41,048 bases of DNA from Octopus bimaculoides (lineage: Eukaryota), in assembly GCF_001194135.2 (NCBI RefSeq), contig NC_068987.1, positions 61,795,072-61,836,119 of the forward strand, in the 5' to 3' direction. The notes under the pieces were generated by a model. The model was not told the DNA's origin, made no database searches, and saw only the letters and a program-made list of their open reading frames with translations. Shown piece by piece: positions 32,799-41,048 of the stretch. How positions within the stretch are numbered: position 1 is the first letter of the stretch; each line of letters starts with the position of its first letter. Made by a program: the position numbers and the translations under genes.

Positions 32799-33344
32799 TG
32801 TATAAGAGTTATACACTGAGGGAAAGCCACTAAGTGGTTTTCCATTATGCTAGAAATGGGAGTTAAATCCCAAACTACATAAAAGTTATTCTTATTTTGG
32901 CACGTTGAATGTAGGCGGGCAGGACAATTTAAGAGAATTCAAAACTGATTAGTCATTCCCGTACTTTGAAGTTTCACCCTTAATTATTAAATACACTCAT
33001 TAATTAATCAATCAATGCATTAAGCCATCTGTGGCTCATCAGTGAGAATTGCTAGTGACATATAAATACAAAAACTTGAATACATACCACATCGAATAAG
33101 ACACACTGCATACTGAGTTTTCATCTTTATGAGTTTTCATCTCTCATACTGAGTTTCCATCTTTATATATCGAGGAATTTAATTCAAAACGTCCCACAAA
33201 CAGTGTACCAAAATCTAGAGTAAAACCAGCTGTGAATTAACATTCAGCAGTGGATTTACTTGACTCTGAGAATTAAAATATTTGAAAATTTTAAATAAAG
33301 GATAAAAATTAAATATTAATTTTTAACAGTGGCCATAAAATTAT

Positions 33345-34990
33345 TGTTTTTTTCTGCCCATTGGATAACAACCGGTAGGTCAGACTGAAGGCATGTCTGC
33401 TCACCCACTTCATTGATGACCTTCCGGAGCTTGGAATCATCTGCAAAGATTCTTATGTTGCTGTGCTTGATGATGTCTATAATGTCATTAATGTAGATGA
33501 TAAAAAGAAGTGGGCCCAATACAATGCTATGTAGAACACTCATTCATAAAGTCGGTAAGTGACTCTACTGCTTCTTTGTCAGCAGTTGAGGTGGGAGTGC
33601 TGGGTTTCAAACTGTTTGTGGACCAATCAACACAGGGTAGGTTAAAGTCTCCCATCATAAGTATGTTACTAGGACAGTACTGTTAAATAAGCACCTTATG
33701 TTGTTGAGGCACTCTTTAAAGCACAGTATGGGTTTGAGGTGGTCTATAGAGCCAAACTACTATCAGGTTATTGGCTTTATTGTGCATGGTGACTGATTCA
33801 CAGTAGTCATCGGAAAATGTCATATTTCCAAGTGGGAGTTGTCAAGGTGGGTCCCAGTAAGAATGAAGAAAGGAATGTGGTGTGGATGGTTACCAACCCA
33901 ATCCTCGATGAATTTGATCTTCCATTTGTGTGCATTGATGGAAGGACTGACCCCTAGTGGTTTGAGTAGAAATGTGGAGGTTGGTGTAGTGGCTGGTTTT
34001 GACTGTTGCAGGGGGCCTTTTTTGTGATTCTGTGTTAGTGATATCAATGTGGGAAGTTGGTGCACTGGGGTAATAGTATAGGAAGGTATTGAGTGATGGC
34101 TAAAAGGCTTTTTTGGTATCTCTTTTGTCAGGTTCAGCATGGCTAAAGAAAGGAATTTTCCTGTTTAGGGAGCAGTTTTTGAATGGAGGTGTGGTTGCAC
34201 TGTTGGATAGGATTGTCGTTTCTGCTTTTGTTGTTGTTTTTGTGTCTTCATGAAAAGACTGGACCAGCATTACAGTAGTAGCGGGTGTTTTTACTGTAGT
34301 TTGTGTGTTGGCTTGGAGCCCTGTTTCTGTTAGTGTGTCAGGTCCCTGGAAGATGAGTGAAGGAGCAGTCACATAGCAGACATAGTTTCATGTGTTGGAA
34401 ATACCAGCAGATTTTGGGATTCTGAGTTATGTGGGTTTTAATGTTCAGTTTACTACTCGGTGGTGTTGATGTTGATGTTATTGCGGGATGTTTGCTTTGG
34501 CCTTGGCTGGTAGTGTTTGTCTGGATTGTGCGTCTAGTGCAAGGTAAATGTGTGAAGATGCAGTCGCGGCATGTGCAGAGCCTGTGACATTGTGAATAAA
34601 GGCATATTTTGGAGTTTCTTGTTTGTGTATGGGGGGAGGGGCGCATTCATTCTGCTTCATAGATTTGTCTGGGTTTTTATACTACATGGCAATGTGGGGG
34701 AAGAAAGCAATGGTTTATTATTAGTAGTTGAGGTGGTAGAAGATGATGGTGGCAGTGGTGGTGATGATGATGGTGGCAGTGGTGGTGATGATGATGGTGG
34801 CAGTGGTGGTGATGATGATGGTGATAAACTGTGGTGATTGCTGTGAGAATGGGGAGTGAGAGAGAGAGAGAGAAAAGTGAAGTGATACTGGTCCTCAGTA
34901 AATCAGCTATTGTGCTGAAATTTAGGAGTGGTTTTTCCTGTTGTTTGTGATTTTCTGGCTGTTGTTGTTGTTGTTGTGCTTGACCAATAT
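33345..34990 (-). mobile_element. CR1-like LINE relic: ORF1 with two CCCH fingers, endonuclease, and a short RT piece after a large internal deletion
   Basis: KIC.Y.Q...LC...DC.FTHLP twice (34353-34604); FFILT(G)THL, LYRPP, ILMMGDFNLPCVDW; then VLGPLLFIIYIND...IFADDSKL...LQSDL..V.QWA. The 5' limit is uncertain. Confidence 0.85.
34742..34825. repeat. 24-bp minisatellite, 3.5 units
   Basis: GATGATGGTGGCAGTGGTGGTGAT repeated three times plus a partial unit. Confidence 0.95.
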
Positions 34991-35339
34991 TTGAAGAGTA
35001 AATATATATATGAGTAAAGTTTATTGAAGTGACTCTGAATTAGTTTGAAGGAAACCCCAATATGTTTTAGTTTGCTGCATATCTGCTTAACAGACTACAT
35101 GTTGAGTATTTGCACTGTTTTTTTTCTGCAATTTCATTCAGACAGGAAGCGTTTATGTTTTCTGTTTGGGAAAGAGAAAACTATGTGCTTATTAAGAGGT
35201 CAATTTCATTATCAGACCAATTTTGTTTATTGTAAGCCTGCTGGTTAGTCACCATCATATACATATATATATATATTGGCTAAACTGGCAATATGACCAT
35301 CCCCAAGTACAACAATATATATATNNNNNNNNNNNNNNN

Positions 35340-35372
<33 letters not shown>

Positions 35373-35388
35373 ACATATGTATGTATAT

Positions 35389-35540
35389 ATCATCATCATC
35401 ATCGTTTAACGTCCGCTTTCCATGCTAGCATGGGTTGGACGATTTGACTGAGGGCTGGCGAACCAGATGGTTGCACCAAGCTCCAATCTGATCTGGCAGA
35501 GTTGCTACATCTGGATGCCCTTCCTAATGCCAACCACTCC
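35389..35540 (-). mobile_element. RTE 3' tail fragment, young
   Basis: Reverse complement of GGAGTGGTTGGCATTAGGAAGGGCATCCAG...GGAAAGCGGACGTTAAAC(GAT)n; close to 12370-12525. Confidence 0.9.
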
Positions 35541-36180
35541 TAGTTTATTTCAGGACAGCCTTTTTTGCAGATGGCATTGTAAATTATTTTAGTAAGAACA
35601 TCGTGGCACATATTGAGGTAGTACTGTGATGACATATTATGACAGCTGCTAATCATGTACGTGATGTTTTCCAAAGAAATATGACATAGCCTACATATGC
35701 TGTTGCACCTTGGGATTATGAGAGCATCACTATCTCTCTTGTTCACCAGGTACTTTGTGGCAATTACCTGTTCCTGGATTGCAAATGCAATGACGTAGTG
35801 CAAACGCAGTGATGTGATGTAGTGGTTTTGTGTCCAAGAGAGGCTGTGCTTCATGTCAATTCTACTGTCTTCAAGCTTTCAGGCAACATACACATGCATA
35901 GTCTTCTTTTTGTATACTGAGTGCTTTCCATCCAGATCTTCTTTGAGGTAAGAGAGCCCAGCTGTTTTAGGGCTGTATAGGAGATCATCTGGAAGAGAGA
36001 GTTTCTTGAGGAGCTCACTGCCAACTCGTACAATGTTGCTCACTTCACTTTTCAGCACTGCATTTATATATTTAGTTTTGCTGCTGTTGTTTAGTAGGTG
36101 CTACCTGAGTGATACCGTATGGCATTTGAAGGCACTGAGCTCAGACCTTTACCTCCTTCATTTCTTCTTAGGTAGAGCTT
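35541..36180 (-). pseudogene. R4/Dong-like (restriction-like endonuclease clade) LINE relic
   Basis: DKLYLRRNEGGKGL (RLYLPR.EGGRGL motif) and FAIQEQVIAT...CRLC...E.ITYMISSC...YY...HD.LTKIIY, a decayed C-terminal CCHC region. Confidence 0.75.
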
Positions 36181-36183
36181 GTC

Positions 36184-36215
<32 letters not shown>

Positions 36216-36278
36216 TTGTGTATATATATACATATACACATGTGTGTGTGTGTGTGTGTGTATACATATGTATATATA

Positions 36279-37546
36279 TTAGGCTGTTCCAAAAATAAAG
36301 GCCGATTTCAAAAACAATTTTATTCTGGAAAAATTAACAATAGAAATGTTTTGATTTGTCAAAGTATGGAGTTGTGAACATCTATGTAGCTCTGTCATTG
36401 ATCAACGAGATTATATATGCCTTAATGATAAAAACTTATTTGCTTTGATGCTAAAGAATCTGTGAAAGCTGATTCCACCTCTGGTTTGGACCTGAAAGTT
36501 TTATAATTTAAAAACGTGTTTAAATACTTCAAAAAATGGTAGTCAGTGGATGAAAGATCAGGAGAATATGGAGGATGTGGTAAAGTCTCGTATCTCAAGT
36601 CTGTGAGTTTTTGCTGCATCATTCTTGCAATATGTGTCTTTGCGATATTGTGGAGCAGAATTGGGTCATGCCGATTCACCAATGCAGGTCTCATTTTTTG
36701 CAATTGAGCATGCATTTCAGCAAGTTGATTGCAGTAAACCTCTGCTGTAATGCTCTGATTGGCTTCCAGAAAGCTGTAATGGACAACACCAATTGCAGAC
36801 CACCAGATAGTCACAGTAATCTTTTGCTGATGCAACTTTGGATTTGGGAAATGTTTGGGGGACTCATCACAATCAAGCCATTGACCTGATCATTTACAGT
36901 TATCATAAAGGACCCACTTTTCGTCACAAGTGACTATTCAGTCAAGAAAATTATCATTGATGTTTCGCAGAAAGAGCATTGAGCACACTTCAAAATGCCA
37001 AACTTTTTGATTTTCATTGAGCTCATGCAGTACCCATTTCACCTTACAAATCTTCTGCAGATTGCGTGAAACTATTGCAATACTGACACCAAGTGCCTGA
37101 GACATTTCTCTGACACTTTGACACGGGTTTTGTTCAACAATTGCTTTCAATTGTTCATTGTCAAGACCACATGACCGTCCTCTACCTTCTTCATCTTCAA
37201 GGCTCTCATCACCACTATGGGATTTCTGAAACCACCTTCGTACTGTGCAATAATTTGTGGACTCCTCTCCCCATGCTCTGCTGATTTTGGCAGCAGTTTG
37301 GGAGGCATTGTGCCCAAGCTTGAACAAACAAGGAAAGTAAGTGAAGGCCCTTTTTTGTCATGTTCATAATTAAGGGCGCCTATGCTTCAAGAATGTTTTC
37401 TGTCTGAAATAAGTAGAAAATTATTAAAGAGCATACATCAATTATTAAGTATGTCGAAATTCTCCTAAAATATAATTAAAGTACTATGATAAAATTGCAT
37501 TTCAGAGCACAAAAGTAGAGCGACCATTATTTTCGGAACAACCTAA
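36279..37546 (-). mobile_element. Full-length (1268 bp) Hsmar1/cecropia-like mariner, DD34D, inactivated
   Basis: TA|TTAGG(C/T)TGTTCC TIRs with TA on both sides. GDESLEDEE, WV(L)HEL, IVTCDEKWVLYDN, HQQKITVTIWWS, YSPDLSSTDYH; frameshifts, stops, and second Asp mutated. Confidence 0.95.
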
Positions 37547-37676
37547 TATATATGTATATATGCATATATGCATATATGTGTGTGTTTGTGTGTGTGTGTG
37601 TGTGTGTGTATGTATATGTATATGTATATTTACATATGTATATATATGTGTGTGTGTATATATATATGTGTTTGTG

Positions 37677-37713
<37 letters not shown>

Positions 37714-37948
37714 NNNNNNNNNNNNNNNNNNNNNNNNNNNNNNNNNNNNNNNNNNNNNNNNNNNNNNNNNNNNNNNNNNNNNNNNNNNNNNNNNNNNNNN
37801 NNNNNNNNNNNNNNNNNNNNNNNNNNNNNNNNNNNNNNNNNNNNNNNNNNNNNNNNNNNNNNNNNNNNNNNNNNNNNNNNNNNNNNNNNNNNNNNNNNNN
37901 NNNNNNNNNNNNNNNNNNNNNNNNNNNNNNNNNNNNNNNNNNNNTATA

Positions 37949-39185
37949 CAGGGGTTGGATAAAATAATAGAAACACCTAGCATCATAGCTTCATAATTTT
38001 GAAATATCTATAAAACCGTCAAAGCTTGTGTATTTTTATGTTTTTTGATGTATTATTAGTGTTGCTTAATACGTTTTGTTAAAATTGCTGTTTCTTTTCA
38101 AATATCATCAGAAAAAGGTAATGAAAATTCATTTAAATGACAGATCTATCGGCCTTTCAGAGAGGTCAAATTGTTGGTGCTCATATGGCAGGTGCTAGTG
38201 TAACAAAAACAGCCGAAATGTTTGGTGTATCAAGAAGTACTGTCTCGAAGGTAATGACAGCTTTTGAGAAAGGGGGAAAAACCTCCTCGTCAAAACAAAA
38301 CTCCAGTAGAAAACCAAAACTTTCAGATAGCGACTGTCGGACTCTTACGTGAATTGTTAGAAAGGATCACAAAAGTACAGCTCCCAAAATTACTGCAGAG
38401 CTTAATGACCACGTCGAGGACCCAGTCAAAGCCAGATTTCACGGGAGGGCTGTAATCAGAAAACCACTACTTTTAAAAACAAACGTAGCAAAGCGTTTAG
38501 AGTGGAGTAAAAACCTACAGAATTGATCCCTAGTGCAGAGGAAGAATGTTATTTTCTCGGGCTAGTCATCTTTTACCTTATTTCTGATCACCGGCTGAAT
38601 ATACGTGTGGAGAAAACCAAAAGAAGCATTTGACCCAGACTGCCTTCTTCCAACTGTTAAACATGGAAGAGGATCTGTGATGATCTGGGGTGGGGCTATA
38701 TCTTGGAAATCTGCTGACCCAATAGTTTCCCTTCATGGCATAATTAATAGTCAAGACTTTTTAAGCATTTTATCTGATCAAATTCATCCTATTGTTGCGG
38801 AACTGTTTCCGGAGGGAAATGCAATCTTTCAGGATGACAATGCACCAATTCACACAGCTAAAGTTGTTTCTGAATGGCATGATGAACATTCTAGTGAAGT
38901 TGAACATCTTATCTGGCCACCAAAGTCCCCAGGTCTCAATATTATCGAACATTTATGGTGCATTTTAGAAAAAATGTAAGGAGTCAATATTCTCCACCAT
39001 CATCATTACAAGAAGTAGAGTTTGTTTTAGCTGAAGAATGGACAAAAATTCCTTTGGAAACCATTCAACTTTTGTACAAGTCCACATCTCATAGAAGCTG
39101 CAATTACTGCCAAATGCGGTCCTAAGCCATATTAAAATAAATTTGTTTGAAATTTTAAGGTGTTTCCATTATTTAGTCTGACCCC

Positions 39186-39187
<2 letters not shown>
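37949..39187 (+). mobile_element. Full-span (1239 bp) Tc1-family transposon with DD36E spacing, inactivated
   Basis: TA|CAGGGGT...AAATAAT.GAAACACCT TIRs; MTDLSAFQRGQIVGA...TVKHG.GSVMIWG...FQDDNAPIH-WPPKSPGLNIIE with 36 residues between D and E; several stops. Confidence 0.92.
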
Positions 39188-39232
<45 letters not shown>

Positions 39233-39726
39233 ATATATATATATATATAATTAAAATTAATCAAAGGACATACTAAGTATGTCTACCTGCTGGAAATAAC
39301 TGTCAAACCTCTTATTTAAAAGTTATTTTTTTGTGAATTATTTTTCTCAAGAATTATTTGCTCCGCATTGAAATATNNNNNNNNNNNNNNNNNNNNNNNN
39401 NNNNNNNNNNNNNNNNNNNNNNNNNNNNNNNNNNNNNNNNNNNNNNNNNNNNNNNNNNNNNNNNNNNNNNNNNNNNNNNNNNNNNNNNNNNNNNNNNNNN
39501 NNNNNNNNNNNNNNNNNNNNNNNNNNNNNNNNNNNNNNNNNNNNNNNNNNNNNNNNNNNNNNNNNNNNNNNNNNNNNNNNNNNNNNNNNNNNNNNNNNNN
39601 NNNNNNNNNNNNNNNNNNNNNNNNNNNNNNNNNNNNNNNNNNNNNNNNNNNNNNNNNNNNNNNNNNNNNNNNNNNNNNNNNNNNNNNNNNNNNNNNNNNN
39701 NNNNNNNNNNNNNNNNNNNNNNNNNN

Positions 39727-40035
39727 TTTATTCTATCGAACTCTTTTGCTGAATTGCTAAGTCACGGATGTAAACACACCAACAGCGGTTGTCAAGTGGT
39801 GGTGGGGGGGTGGGGGTGGGGACAAATGCAGACACAAAGACACACACACACATAAATATGTCCATATATATATATATGACAGGCTTCTTTCAATTTCCTT
39901 CTACCGAATCCTCGCACAAGGCTTTGGTTGGCCTGACACCATAGTAGAAGACACCTGTCCAATGTGTCACATTGTGAGATTGAACCCAGGACCATGTGGT
40001 TGAGAAGCAAGCTTCTTGTCATGCAGTCATGCTTG

Positions 40036-40037
<2 letters not shown>
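39727..40037 (-). mobile_element. SINE family A (3' end lost in the gap)
   Basis: Head, central microsatellite and body match the reverse complement of 9521-9927. Confidence 0.85.
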
Positions 40038-40083
<46 letters not shown>

Positions 40084-40087
<4 letters not shown>

Positions 40088-40279
40088 GTAAATCCACAAA
40101 AGAAGAACAAACACAAAAAACACAGCAACGCGAGGACGTGGTACATGTAAAGTATTAGCAGACACTCAGGGAAGGACAGAAAGGTGGTTTAACGTTTTGA
40201 GCAGACACTCTTCTTCACAAATAGAGGAAAGTCCAATAGAACGGAAGACGGAGGAAGAAAATTGCCAATGATTCACATG
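40084..40279 (-). mobile_element. Hammerhead-bearing mini-element, family P1
   Basis: Minus strand CATTGGCAATTTTCTTCCTCCGTCTTCC...CCACGTCCTCGCGTTG; homologous to 28895-29091. Confidence 0.8.
40187..40222 (-). ncRNA. Degenerate minimal type-I hammerhead ribozyme motif
   Basis: ATTT-GTGAAGA-A-GAGT-GTCT-GCTC-AAAA-CG-TT-AAAC; deviates at C3 and G12. Confidence 0.45.
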
Positions 40280-40336
40280 TGGTTATATTTTGAATATATA
40301 TATAAATGTGTGTTTGTGTGTGTGTGTGTGTGTATA

Positions 40337-40593
40337 ATGGCGTGTGGATTAGTGGTTAGGGTATTCAGCTCACAATCGTAAGGTCATGCTTTGATTCGCA
40401 GGTGAGTAGTACTTGTATTTCAAAGGGTCAGCCTTGTCATGTACTGTGTCACACTGAATTTCTCTGAAATCTACTTTAAGGGTTGACATGTCTGTGGAGT
40501 GCTCAGCACACTTGCACATTAATTTCACAAGCAGGCTGTTCCATTAGTCCGTTCAACTGGAACCCTCGTTGTCATAACTGATGGATTGGCAGT
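40337..40593 (+). mobile_element. SINE with D-type head and C-type body, internally deleted
   Basis: GGCGTGTGGATTAGTGGTTAGGG head; TACTTGTATTTCAAAGGGTCAGCCTTG...AAGCAGGCTGTTCC. Confidence 0.8.
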
Positions 40594-40625
40594 TATATAT
40601 ATGTATATATATATATAATCACATA

Positions 40626-40928
40626 TCTTTTATCCTTTACTTGTTTCAGTCATTGAGCTGCAACTATGCTGGGCGGTGGGGCACCTTGAGGGTTTTAGTT
40701 GAACAAATTGACTCCAGTACTTTTGTTTTAAGCTTTGCATTTATTCAATCATAAGCAAACCAACACCAGTTGTCAAGCTGTGATGGGAGACAAATGCAAA
40801 GACACGCACATGCATACAGGATGGGCTTCTTTCAGTTTCTGTCTTCTAAATCCACTCACAAGGCTTTGGTTGGTTTAACACTGTAGTAGATAACACTCCT
40901 CCAAAATACCATGCAGTAGATTGAGAAG

Positions 40929-40930
<2 letters not shown>
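40626..40930 (-). mobile_element. SINE family A, decayed
   Basis: TTTACTTGTTTCAGTCATTG...GGGCTTCTTTCAGTTTCTGTC...CCACTCACAAGGCTTTGGTTGG. Confidence 0.8.
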
Positions 40931-40972
<42 letters not shown>

Positions 40973-41048
40973 ATAGGTACCTACCCACCACTACCCATTT
41001 TCCTTTATTCAAAAATTCTTATCGCTCCTTAAAATTATGGCTTTTAAG

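Noticed and set aside
34571-34837. Gly/Asp-rich ORF (DDGGSGGD repeats)
   Set aside because: Antisense to the LINE region and explained by the 24-bp minisatellite.
36358-37367. Domesticated SETMAR-like gene
   Set aside because: No SET domain; frameshifts and stops are present, and the TIRs and TSD are retained, so this is a dead transposon.
30949-39855. Long ORFs rich in X, YI, CV and HT
   Set aside because: Artefacts of N-gaps and dinucleotide microsatellites.

Overview
AT-rich, microsatellite-dense eukaryotic DNA with five N-gaps, each abutting TA-rich simple sequence. The repeat families look like those I recall from octopus genomes; that species assignment is inference, not verified. No host protein-coding gene, true tRNA/rRNA gene or CRISPR array can be supported, and every recognisable ORF is transposon-derived. 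Retroelements: a near full-length decayed RTE LINE (23.3-27.0 kb, minus) and many 5'-truncated RTE ends, CR1-like and R4/Dong-like LINE relics, and about 25 copies of several tRNA-derived SINEs that share modules. DNA transposons: five IS630-Tc1-mariner lineages packed into 28-39 kb, piggyBac- and hAT-type MITEs, and a probable Helitron end. The most interesting signals are (1) two families of ~200-bp elements nested in (TA)n that carry a decayed but reconstructable minimal hammerhead ribozyme of the Penelope type, (2) a PHD-type zinc finger inside the RTE reverse transcriptase, (3) a DD36E Tc1 element, (4) an apparently circularly permuted Tc1 relic, and (5) a switch in retroelement orientation near 23 kb. 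Coordinates were read by eye; boundaries of decayed elements are approximate.
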